Source of the DNA: a virus
Taxonomy: Duplodnaviria > Caudoviricetes
DNA length: 27,897 bases
Direction: 5' to 3' (one strand)
Virus record (IMG/VR): IMGVR_UViG_3300030095_005808
Location: 1 to 27,897 of that record
Below the pieces are notes generated by a model. It was given only the letters and a program-made list of their open reading frames with translations. It did no database searches and was not told the origin of the DNA. The stretch's first letter is position 1. Each line of letters starts with the position of its first letter. Below are positions 21,201 through 26,401 of this stretch, one piece after another. The position numbers and the translations under genes were made by a program.

Positions 21201-21851
21201 AACATTGAATAAAATTCTAAAAGATTCATCAGTTCCTTTACTTCTATAAAAAGATTTTATTTCTCTTAAAAAATTTCCAACATTTAAATTGGGTGTAAAA
21301 GAACTATTTTCTAATCCTGGCGAAAATGTGTATTTAAATTTTTTATAAAATTCCTTTAAGAATAAAGAACTCAGATTTTGAACGGAAGATCCATTATTAT
21401 GTTCTGAAGCAGAAGAACTAGTAAAAACTAATTCTTCTCTATTAATATCATGTGCATACGAAGTAATACCGCTAAATCCACGAATACATCCAGTAAAAGA
21501 ATTTGTTGTTATACCTGTATAGGTAATAATTTCATCATTGATTTTTAATAATCCATACTCTTTTGGAAATCCTTTTGTACTACCTACAATTCCAATGGTA
21601 GTATCAGTGGAAGATACTGCCGCAGAAATGCTTGTACTATCAACGATAACTTCAGGTGTTAAATTATCAAAATTTAAATATTGATCTAAATTCTCAGTAA
21701 GATCAATTGTTCCTCCTTGATATTCTTGAGAAATATAATATTGCTTTAAAAAATCTACAGTCTTTGGACTTTCGTCCAAGATAAAATCAGGAAGTTGGCT
21801 GGATACAATATTTTGTACCTTAATTCTTGTTTCAAATCCCGTCTGTATCAT
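9270..21851 (-). CDS. gp7: Giant baseplate wedge initiator gp7-like protein with repeated beta-rich modules and a YHYH-like domain
   Basis: 4193-aa uninterrupted ORF between gp6 and gp8. N-terminal QLPDFI..E....VDFLKQYY and IKSFYRSKGT..SF.ILF..LFGE motifs match cyanophage gp7. Internal motifs include IIGWAYDGNPIYGP, DLDKHNGR and YYQNLSYSVKS....HTSGLKNF. Confidence 0.82.
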   Translation of the reverse strand: MIQTGFETRIKVQNIVSSQLPDFILDESPKTVDFLKQYYISQEYQGGTIDLTENLDQYLNFDNLTPEVIVDSTSISAAVSSTDTTIGIVGSTKGFPKEYGLLKINDEIITYTGITTNSFTGCIRGFSGITSYAHDINREELVFTSSSASEHNNGSSVQNLSSLFLKEFYKKFKYTFSPGLENSSFTPNLNVGNFLREIKSFYRSKGTDESFRILFNVLFGEIPSIINLEEKLVKPSFAEYNRREIAVAKIVSGNAENLKGQVLLKEGSNINASISEIVPFLYNNEKYFKVSLFVGYDEDSDIQGRFVSVPNTKVTEKVNLNDTVISVDSTIGFSTSGIIRSGINSITYTDKTVNQFLNCSNISNIINQEDLIYSSDVYYAYENGDTSKKVELVFSSVISKFVQEGIVIVEQGDPISIKNLGDKVINPDQNKTSKEVLANSWIYNTSSSFYIENASSSTFNLFAPVDKSSLKIGDAVQVVERDTNNVIFPQNDGVPPYVNIDESIDGQNEIIISGDYSAEVLNEKFDYNLRRVLSKAEVGSNSNISIQYGNNNLISDVQNVYFDDQYAYVASNSLPSGTRGKGLPFTEDITIKTKRVSINLSDNTSGILTSYNENTGKYSVIQLMGSNTPSVFRTGEKIFYQPQGASIVGLETGNYYVEVFGDSKEKIRLYNSNYLIGSSNYLTFSQALSGDDDHIFILDSQKSNIVGPQKLLKKFPINPSIENGSSEETKPGGVGLLVNGVEISNYKSLDKVYYGPLEKITVLNGGEGFDVINPPKVEISSGIGSTALVNPVVSGSVVDVYVDFDSYNYNIDKLISVDVTGGNGTGCVLKPLITNTFREVRFDGRTTTSGGGINTSTNQIIFDEPHGFVDGQQIIYDSNLNSGIGINSIRDGSTKLINKSTYVVNKSNNIAIQLHENFDDYRNGINTIEFTGDSNSGIHKMKVGPLNVLKDIVVVNGGKNYTNKKLIVEPSGISTSNDWIYSENHGFSTGEIVEYSTTDTSITELFTSNSYYILKVDSDRFRLCDAGIGGTIFTNYEREKYVQFRSSPGEGYQQFSYPQIRANINAITAGIGQTTITITPVVKGSIKDIQIYNKGAGYGSSIINYNKSPIITVKTGKFARVKPIIINGRITSVNVENGGEEYYSTPDLVITDSSGKGSGAVLRAVISNQRLDSVQVIKAGIGYSSSDTTISVVSSGKNQVFDSEVRSLTIVSNEIFDSNRLLLDTKENNLKYSICGYTLDLLLEEEDKISGIIGWAYDGNPIYGPFGSKDPNSFTTSELLISGYEKNSTYIKDRPSISDFKEGFFVEDYRYTGVGDLDKHNGRYERNKEFPNGVYAYHATVGDSNTENRPTFPYFIGNTFRSNIIKENYQINFDQSYDFNNSNLKRNTFPYKISEEYGRNDFIDEKDGQEIVIDSISSGSIQNISIVSAGSSFKVGDKLNFDNTNTDGSGLNAKVSSIKGETINTIETSEEIYENSTLTWNGNFVSVITNTEHDFKSNDYVALSGISTDSLKPIEKYHRINVVDTSISRTISSISSGAATTEIYVSTIPNFVSAGSTIGIGTETLTVLNIFENKNILRIQREYSDISHNESSIVQYNTKNFTLDENLPFFESNPNKKVYFNASESVGIGSTTGTGFTTSFTFGNSNITRQIPTKGIYLENHPFKTNQKIKLTTGSGGGDIRYSVDPGGTATLLPTNLFAVSKSKDVIGIKTGIGSSEVYFVDINGGNGGDKDTYLFETTFTPVTATVKRIEATVSVSTSHGLLNNDQIDLKIVPNISVGIGTSTSVSVIRSARTNHLYLKRISFSSDANSDQITSTNHGLKTGDRVRYEVGAFSNSYYVYKVDDDIIKLTHSYIDAISSSPKFVDITSSSSGTLSLINPEIKVTKNNNLVFDLSDSSLSGHEFKIYYDKEFKNEFVSTGKTDSLSISGIGTIGVSTNASLTISGDNNIPKELFYNIEKSGYISTADIDVKNYSRILFTDSLYNGSYKVSGIGDTTFKIYLNDSPEKNSYNQSECDSLVYSTTSKNAIGKIDDINIISGGFGYKKLPSYVGSSSTIAKNALVIPSSNEIGNINEIEIVTDNYIYPTDKTLEPQALLPTLIEVSNSNTFDSVIVDNSGSNYYSSPDLIIIDSVTNTKINSGFLEPVFETSSISRVNVLEKPQGISDNNAIIRAINNNNGFTIDQVESNAGTAFTCRLITPVNGFGAAPFLPNDKVYIEGIRKIGSDGDGFNSENYGYQLLNVSSIDNANPFKVTFDLVGLTTNTGIAITNTDGYGRLIHENDYPSFTIVLKSADFDIGENLSINGVEKDLKVIKKSSGKIVIFGKDVPLVNQTIRGNSSLTEGTIVKVTENTGNFEVDYSYEKNFGWDNSTGMLSLDHQFISDNDYYQNLSYSVKSSQTWKDIKSPVNRLIHTSGLKNFSDTQISDTAPIIGIGSSDKTLIINDVFDEQRVDVIRGIDSARDVDNLSDISNFLEFKNTRFVDYIDCKTNNVITIDNINKQFSNLESDPDLFLNIDNISTLEQYENYLVRINSNGNTSNQVQLSEFVLLSNGNDQTLFNKSELINSGIGYTTFSEDTFGNYFIQETDVSTHLRFVPNNPYDIDYDLKYIKTDVFPISGIGTTTFGFINLTSSNKSISSGTASTIFSSSVDEIKSLLITSKVTNTATKQINYVETYVTHDGTDAQFSEYFVDTGNSLSNRIGISTATISNGNIIFKYENDTSDSISVNSKIVGFGTTSLGNGGYRYLAPIQSPGDERSARYEAVYRVGVGTTTVFTGSSTLYDAIKCNVEVSIGSSTVLHQITAIHDGDNAYLQQSQFLSNTPDSENEYSVGMGTFGAVYTSSDFTINFHPEDTVGIATLKAFNQVFYKEIDLNNEPTNLSYGNINETVNLKLYNAINGNRINKTQFDLKHNNIDIFKKSFNPSSVIVPSSSGIAYTTFNIVDHYFRTGEELKYTPKSTFVGVGSTPMTYDDGTNTGILTSNVFAIRIDDDNFGIATTKSKANLGLGVTITSFGEGNFHTLEMLKSNEKALISIDGIVQYPLTDTRLTHTLQNNGSVGIGTTQSIFSLSGISSVTVLNILKIDDEFMRVDNVGIGTSSLGPITPGIGTFNLVSVKRGSVGSSSTNHSEGSTVKFFKGNYNILDSKVNFIEAPRGNPQGEDENGIPFSRSTFTGRAYLRNNYQSNFIYDDISNQFTGITSEFILTVGGANTTGIGTSGGNGLLFINGIFQTPETDNNPNQNYQIIEDETAGITTVKFTGMYVGAASTDYIDEVDVNVNQLPRGGVPVTIGSSIGLGYAPLVGANIRPIVSDAGSITGVVGIATTGCAVSISTALYNNVTGILSVTTTTDHNLVLNQNNDEVRLVGLEFTCNSGPGIVTYPTGGEREYSVVRIINSTTFEVNAGISTLIHYYVGGPGTATPYYGDLNFGSGYNDIVGISVTVYKSGHSGNIATITASPVGFNTYEFITATTGGISSVGSDPLFSVTADLGTIYNPQTGILSVTRTNHGFSDGTLISIADESLTFTCAQDNYSTQHKYPRSSDPISGVSTAITYVDDHTFTAYVGTAPAHSGGRLQFTIENGGSGYTKCSPPEIFVSEPSYENLRVNTISRRNGTITGAGIGTGLLLDVKVGPSNDFSGIGSELFEISEFNINRYGYSFLPGDKVEPVGLVTSRKLKTLISRFELEVVDTFNDNFALWQFGELDYIDSIQSLQNGVRTRFPLKYNNETISIESNDNFEVDLNPILLIFVNRVIQQPGESYEFIGGTSIKFAVAPEPDDDIHIFFYKGTDGEDSVKADADEKPIELGDEVQLVGQENRSVSRFTLSDRIRTNPYTEIGITEDFKPISVFKQKYDRVIDGTVISKTRESLESRIFPTAKIISDVDTTDNKIFIDNASGFFDYENESDNGGNDLSISAIIISGKDDPVAAAITATVSSTGTITSLTIEDGGSGYDPNATAPVLKIGNPFNNITGAGTDNDPFIVSYGTTATATVTVSSSGTINGTSITNPGSGYTQTEPPNVILTLPSFNQEIITGISTVSGNSGIITGIGTTVSGSQLAIKFTGISTESFDMSIFVPGNPIYIFDTEIGIGVTSVDGGDSNIVGIGTTCLNNIYVISEFSQSGVVSPFTGIITCQIDSGTDINNIPESVGYTTDPIGRFSVGIVTGIRNSSPISIGVTGFTINSGLSSFPTLQRRSFIKVAL

Positions 21852-21852
21852 A

Positions 21853-23772
21853 TCAGTTTCTTACTATACTTCCGTTTGAATAACTTGATGTGAATGAATT
21901 TTTGGTGAAATCCACCCCCGAAATTTCATCTCCAGATGAAATTAAATCTCTTAACATATTTATTTTACTTTTAGAAACATCTAATGAGAGATATAAATCT
22001 TTTAATCCAACAACATCGTTTGATTCTGGTACAGCTTCAATTTCTATAATATTTTCTGGTTTTATTGTAGACGTTATATTAACAGTATAAAGTATAACTT
22101 CTCCTTTTTCATAATCAACCTTTCCTGCTGCAGAACTGATTATCTTTGGGTTATTTTCACCCGAAAGTTTTATGATCGCAATAATACCAGTTTTTCCATC
22201 ATCATTTGGAATATCCGTAAGATAAACAGTTGATGATTCTCCAAAAATTGTAAATCCAGTTGATTTTATATTGTATCCCGATTTTTTTATATGAAATTGA
22301 TTTCCAAAGCATACTTCATATTGTGCTAATTGATTTATAGATGCTTTTAAATCTCTTCTAATTTTAACTCTTGTAATATTTGATGTGATAGCATTTCTAT
22401 CCACTTCATCAATAATATTTTGAACCTTACTGTACTTAAACCGTCCTCCAAATTTATTAAAATTAGTTGATTTGGAATAAGATGTTAATGTATCTAAAAT
22501 ATTAGATTGTAAAGAAGATATTGTGGATGTAAACGAATCATTATAATATACACCAACATCCAGTTCAACATAAAGTATTTTGAGATCGATGATTCTTTGA
22601 TTAATTCCTGATACCGAGTATTGCCTCAATTTTGATAAAATTTGTTTTTTATTAAAATCACTAACATAAGATCCACCTTTTGGTTTTATACTTATAATAA
22701 CATTTCCATATTCCGGCGGTTCTAACTCTTCACCACCAACAATAGAAATGGATTCTGTGTCTGGATATATTCTTTTAATGATTGCCTCATAATCTCTTGG
22801 TGTAACGGCTCTGTTCTGAGCAGAATATGTCAATGGGGCATAATATCTTACAGAATCAATTGATTCAATATCATTACCACTTTGAGATTTTTGTAAAGTT
22901 ACTATAGGGTTTGCACTAAATGAAAATATAGCATTTTGTTTATTTCTTAATGATCCGGAAAAAGTAAAATCTGATACTCCATTCGCATTTTCTCCTTCTG
23001 TTACCAAATACTTTACTGTGATATAAGAACCATCTCCACTATCTCCCAATTTTTTGCCAAATATTCCATCACCAAATCTTATTTCATATTTTTCATCTTG
23101 AACTTCACGTACAAAGTAAATCTGTGATGTATTATTAATGTCTATTATATTTTCAACCGCAGAATATTTTATACCCTCCTCATTTTCGTTATCGCTAATA
23201 AAAACTGATATGGTTGATGTATCAATAAATGGATTATCCAGAATGAATTTTTGATCTAAAGATCCATTATATACAAATTTTTTAACCAAAAATATCCCTT
23301 GATAAATTGTTAAATTTTCAAATGATGCAGTAACAGAAGAATTTTCATCTTGAGTCTGAATAATACCTTTTACATCTTCTATTAATGAAAATGTATATGT
23401 TGTATTATCATTAGTACCCGTCGAAAACAAACCAGATTTTAAAGTCACAGTTTCATTTTCTAAAGCAATGTCTTTTGCACTCCAAGATACAGTTGCCTTA
23501 GCAGCAGTTCTCGATCTCGGTAAATATCCAATATTTCCTGCCAGTGATACTACGTTTTGTCTAACCGTGGCAGAATCTAAAAATGATTCATTCACTGCCA
23601 TATTTGTATTAAAGGCAGTGATATAAGTATTATATGCTAATGTATCAATTAGTGCAGAAAAATTAGATCCTTCAAAATCAAAATCCGTGAATGTAGAATT
23701 TGCACGGAGATAATCCTTAATGGATGTCTTTATTTGATCGAAATCTAGATTTGTAAACTTAGTGGAAGGCAT
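21853..23772 (-). CDS. gp6: Baseplate wedge subunit gp6
   Basis: 639 aa. Motifs LDFDQIK..IKDYL....FTDFDFEGSN, LAYNT, NESFLDSA..R..VVSLA..IGY.PRS, FGDGIFGK, QNRAVT..DY and FNKFGGRFKYSK. Confidence 0.93.
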   Translation of the reverse strand: MPSTKFTNLDFDQIKTSIKDYLRANSTFTDFDFEGSNFSALIDTLAYNTYITAFNTNMAVNESFLDSATVRQNVVSLAGNIGYLPRSRTAAKATVSWSAKDIALENETVTLKSGLFSTGTNDNTTYTFSLIEDVKGIIQTQDENSSVTASFENLTIYQGIFLVKKFVYNGSLDQKFILDNPFIDTSTISVFISDNENEEGIKYSAVENIIDINNTSQIYFVREVQDEKYEIRFGDGIFGKKLGDSGDGSYITVKYLVTEGENANGVSDFTFSGSLRNKQNAIFSFSANPIVTLQKSQSGNDIESIDSVRYYAPLTYSAQNRAVTPRDYEAIIKRIYPDTESISIVGGEELEPPEYGNVIISIKPKGGSYVSDFNKKQILSKLRQYSVSGINQRIIDLKILYVELDVGVYYNDSFTSTISSLQSNILDTLTSYSKSTNFNKFGGRFKYSKVQNIIDEVDRNAITSNITRVKIRRDLKASINQLAQYEVCFGNQFHIKKSGYNIKSTGFTIFGESSTVYLTDIPNDDGKTGIIAIIKLSGENNPKIISSAAGKVDYEKGEVILYTVNITSTIKPENIIEIEAVPESNDVVGLKDLYLSLDVSKSKINMLRDLISSGDEISGVDFTKNSFTSSYSNGSIVRN

Positions 23773-23778
23773 ATTTTA

Positions 23779-24180
23779 TTACCTTGTTGCCTCTAATATG
23801 AATGAATATTCTTGTGTTGGAAACTCTTGTCCAATAATATCAAAAAATATAGTAACTTCAAAAGTGTTTTCATCTGGTGATGGATCCACTTGTACACGAA
23901 CATTATTAACTCTTGGTTCAAAATTGTTTATTGATACAATAATTTGATCCTCAATAACAGAAGCTGTACCAAAATCAACAAAATCGAATAGACTTTTGTA
24001 GACATCCGATCCAAAAGAAGAATTAAAGAACTTTTCTGTGGGTATTGTTTGGACAATATTCCGAACAGAACGACGAATTGCCGATTCATTCTTTAATATT
24101 GGTATGTCTTTTGTGATTGGATGAGGTTCAAATGACAAACTTATGTCCTTAAACGCTCTTGATATGCGTACAACCGCCAT
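23779..24180 (-). CDS. gp25: Baseplate wedge subunit gp25 (GPW/gp25 family)
   Basis: 133 aa. Motifs FKDISLSF..HPIT.D, AIRRSVRNIVQT...EKFF...FGS and I..FEPRV. It lies immediately upstream of gp6. Confidence 0.92.
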   Translation of the reverse strand: MAVVRISRAFKDISLSFEPHPITKDIPILKNESAIRRSVRNIVQTIPTEKFFNSSFGSDVYKSLFDFVDFGTASVIEDQIIVSINNFEPRVNNVRVQVDPSPDENTFEVTIFFDIIGQEFPTQEYSFILEATR

Positions 24181-24192
24181 CGAACAGAGTTT

Positions 24193-24870
24193 TTATTTAT
24201 TTATACCCTCATTTTGAGTATTTTCTTGCTCTTTTGCCGTTTTCCAAAAATAATTCTCATCATTTCCAAGTCCATCACGATCGTGTCCGTTTTCAACTTG
24301 GTAGTACACGGTCGAAACCTTGAAATCGGGCACTTTTGGATCTTTAGGAGTCAAACTATTGTCATAAATTCTGGTTCTATTATTTGGATAAAGGCAATAT
24401 TGACCATTATCAAGTTCAATAAGGTTATGTGACTTGTGTTCAGACGGATTTTCACTGGTCGCATAGTCAATCACATCAGGATCCTGATGATAATTGTCCA
24501 GGGTACATACATATGTGCCCGTCTGAGGTCCATAATCCCTTGTATAGACCTCGTAGTGCATAGAACCAATAAACTGCTTCTGTACCGTCACCACACCATA
24601 GTCCATACAGTTCCAGAACTGTAGATTATGAAGTGTCATATCCGGATCAGGAAGTACAGGTTCACTTAGAAAAGCACTAATCGGTAATTTATCATACATC
24701 GCGGCATATTCCGGCAAATATGTCTCAAAATAAAAAGCGCGTCCGGGAATCGACTTAGCCGAAACCCAAACGCCCTTTACAAATTCCCCGTGCCCACTTT
24801 GATGATCTGTTAGATATTCCTTACGAACCCATACTTCTACTGAAGGTAGATTGGTTATCAAACATGCCAT
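24193..24870 (-). CDS. Conserved marine-phage hypothetical protein (225 aa)
   Basis: Long ORF in operon orientation. The motifs VRKEYL.D...GHGE, YDKLPISAF, LQFWNC, EHKS.N...L.NGQ...YPNNR are ones I recognise from cyanophage genes preceding gp25. Function unknown. Confidence 0.85.
   Translation of the reverse strand: MACLITNLPSVEVWVRKEYLTDHQSGHGEFVKGVWVSAKSIPGRAFYFETYLPEYAAMYDKLPISAFLSEPVLPDPDMTLHNLQFWNCMDYGVVTVQKQFIGSMHYEVYTRDYGPQTGTYVCTLDNYHQDPDVIDYATSENPSEHKSHNLIELDNGQYCLYPNNRTRIYDNSLTPKDPKVPDFKVSTVYYQVENGHDRDGLGNDENYFWKTAKEQENTQNEGINK
24198..24205 (-). promoter_or_regulatory. T4-type late promoter TATAAATA upstream of gp25
   Basis: Exact TATAAATA, with an overlapping AATAAATA at 24194-24201. 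It ends 17 nt before the gp25 ATG, the same spacing as the gp8 promoter. Confidence 0.8.
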
Positions 24871-24897
24871 GTTGCTTTACAAAACTATATTATCTAG

Positions 24898-25047
24898 TTA
24901 TCTCTTACCCTGCCCTCTGTACATCTTAGAAGCAGAGTTACGAGAAGTTGCGGTCCTCTTACTGTGCTTTCCATTACCCTGACGAGTTTTTTTCGGTTTC
25001 GACTGTACGTAACCGTCCTTAATTAGTCCTGTTTTTGCTCTAGCCAT
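24898..25047 (-). CDS. Small highly basic protein, 49 aa (not in the ORF track)
   Basis: Hand translation: MARAKTGLIKDGYVQSKPKKTRQGNGKHSKRTATSRNSASKMYRGQGKR*. It has a strong SD (GGAGG-ATCTAA-ATG) and fills the gap between neighbouring ORFs. Confidence 0.82.
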   Translation of the reverse strand: MARAKTGLIKDGYVQSKPKKTRQGNGKHSKRTATSRNSASKMYRGQGKR

Positions 25048-25220
25048 TTAGATCCTCCGTGATCATTAGTGATAATAGTTTTCAGGTGCTCCGGATTAGG
25101 TGATCCGGTTTCATAAAATTCAATCGCCAGATCCTGCATGATCTCTAGATACTCATCCTCCGTAAGATTCGTAAAAATACGTTTGTTCTTACGAAGAATG
25201 GTGTATCGATCAGATGACAC
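25023..25220 (-). CDS. Small hypothetical protein (~65 aa); probable start is GTG 25220 or ATG 25232 rather than 25361
   Basis: (V/M)SSDRYTILRKNKRIFTNLTEDEYLEIMQDLAIEFYETGSP.... The longer 112-aa version overlaps the glycosyltransferase by ~150 nt, whereas the short start overlaps only its last codons, consistent with translational coupling. Confidence 0.7.
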   Translation of the reverse strand: MSSDRYTILRKNKRIFTNLTEDEYLEIMQDLAIEFYETGSPNPEHLKTIITNDHGGSKWLEQKQD

Positions 25221-25968
25221 GGGTCTTTTCATGTCCGACACGAATGCGAGGATCACACCAAATTTCAAATCCCGATTCAATCGCATCCAGACAGAACGAG
25301 ACATCCTCGCCACACATGTCCTGTACTTCACCGGACTCGAAGACTTGCATCTTCGGAGCAAACCATGGATACTTCATACCTTCGTTCTCAAATACTCCGT
25401 GCTTAATCAGAAGCCACCCAAAACCCGTATAGTCCACTGTGAATGGTTTCTTACGCTTGGAAATACTCTCCAAAGTTTCGTGGTTCATCACACCTCCATT
25501 GTTTCGGAAGTCATCCTCCTCCAACCAATGAGCAACTGATGTGGTGCGACCATCCTCTGTACAGTACCATCCTCCGGCAATATCCTTCTCCATCAGAACC
25601 AGTTGCCAGAACTTCTCAGTATTGAATACAATATCACTATCAATCCATAACTGCCAATCATATTCCAACTTTCCATCCCAGGGAAGTTGATCCGGTCCTC
25701 GCAGTACATTTGCTCCAAGACACTTGCATCTGGCAAAATTGACCATGGAGGAATAATCTTGCGAAATCTGGATGCTTGCCCCTGCCTGTACAAGATCAAA
25801 ACAAAGTTGTACAAAACTTTTCAAATACGTGTAAGAAACTCCACGACCGGGTAGACAAAATACAATGGTCTTTCCTTTTACAAGTTCCTTTGCCTTATCA
25901 TAGTCCCACTCGTCTTCCTTACTAGGGACTGGTGGTTTCTTTGCCTTTACAGTAAATCCTTTAGCCAT
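25210..25968 (-). CDS. Putative GT-A fold (family 2-like) glycosyltransferase
   Basis: 252 aa. It has an N-terminal beta strand IVFCLPG, V.FAR..C, a DxD motif (WIDSDIVF), GFGWLLIK..VFE, GEDVSFC and VGHEK, which are the hallmark GT-A motifs. Confidence 0.78.
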   Translation of the reverse strand: MAKGFTVKAKKPPVPSKEDEWDYDKAKELVKGKTIVFCLPGRGVSYTYLKSFVQLCFDLVQAGASIQISQDYSSMVNFARCKCLGANVLRGPDQLPWDGKLEYDWQLWIDSDIVFNTEKFWQLVLMEKDIAGGWYCTEDGRTTSVAHWLEEDDFRNNGGVMNHETLESISKRKKPFTVDYTGFGWLLIKHGVFENEGMKYPWFAPKMQVFESGEVQDMCGEDVSFCLDAIESGFEIWCDPRIRVGHEKTRVI

Positions 25969-26015
25969 AATAGAATAAAACTACTTCAGTATCATACCAG
26001 TTATATAGTGTTCTG

Positions 26016-26204
26016 TCAATTAACTTCCGTGATGATAATAGAATCTCCATCGACTTCCATATTGACTTCCGTGCCCTCGTACCATCCATTCTCATTAATA
26101 ATCCATTCGGGAATTATAACGTAATATTCACCAGTTATAGGATCAACCTCTATGGTCGTAAAATTTTCTGCGGAATTTTTTTGCATTTCATCAAATCCTG
26201 TCAT
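26016..26204 (-). CDS. AbrB/MazE/SpoVT-like swapped-hairpin small protein (alternative start 26186)
   Basis: The pattern EVD...GEYYVIIPEWII.E.GWYEGTEVNMEVDGDSIIITE matches the AbrB-fold signature (v.iP..i...lg...G..v......g.iii). Confidence 0.7.
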   Translation of the reverse strand: MTGFDEMQKNSAENFTTIEVDPITGEYYVIIPEWIINENGWYEGTEVNMEVDGDSIIITEVN

Positions 26205-26284
26205 CGTTTTTATATATGCCGGGAAATTTTTTAAGAGAGAGAAATTGAAAGGTCGATTTGGGTCGTTTATAGCTTAGGGAAGTG

Positions 26285-26393
26285 GGGCGTTTTTAGCCAC
26301 GCCCGCCGACGCTAAGGGGGCATAATACCCCCTAACTGCTGTTCACGAACGAATGCTATGTGTGCCCTCCCCAGTATTAGTGAAGAGGGCACA
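26285..26393 (-). other. Cluster of three stem-loops in the early/late junction (26361-26393, 26315-26333, 26285-26304)
   Basis: Minus strand: TGTGCCCTCTTCA-CTAATAC-TGGGGAGGGCACA (13 bp, 2 G-U), AGGGGGTA-TTA-TGCCCCCT (8 bp, 1 G-U), GGGCGT-GGCTAAAA-ACGCCC (6 bp). The wobble pairs work only on the minus strand. Confidence 0.65.
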
Positions 26394-26401
26394 ATTTGTT
26401 A

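Noticed and set aside
220-21851. Intein, intron, programmed frameshift or diversity-generating retroelement target in the giant genes
   Set aside because: The frames are uninterrupted. I saw no intein splice or LAGLIDADG motifs, no reverse transcriptase, and no TR/VR-like near-identical DNA repeat pair by eye. A dot-plot would be the definitive check.
1724-23947. Plus-strand ORFs of 60-117 aa inside VrlC, gp8, gp7, gp6 and gp25
   Set aside because: They are antisense shadows of long minus-strand genes, with no RBS, promoter or recognisable motifs.
23779-24180. Bacterial T6SS/eCIS locus or a lysozyme call for gp25
   Set aside because: T4 late promoters, the gp6/gp7/gp8 order and the phage early region indicate a lytic myovirus. 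gp25 is a structural sheath-initiating subunit.
25593-25814. 73-aa alternative-frame ORF inside the glycosyltransferase
   Set aside because: It is fully nested and out of frame, with no supporting signal.
25960-26204. AbrB/MazE-type toxin-antitoxin pair
   Set aside because: The downstream gene is a GT-A enzyme, not a MazF, PIN or other recognisable toxin.
26205-26401. Possible tRNA or CRISPR repeat in the junction
   Set aside because: There is no cloverleaf or properly placed T-arm/CCA, and no regularly spaced direct repeats.
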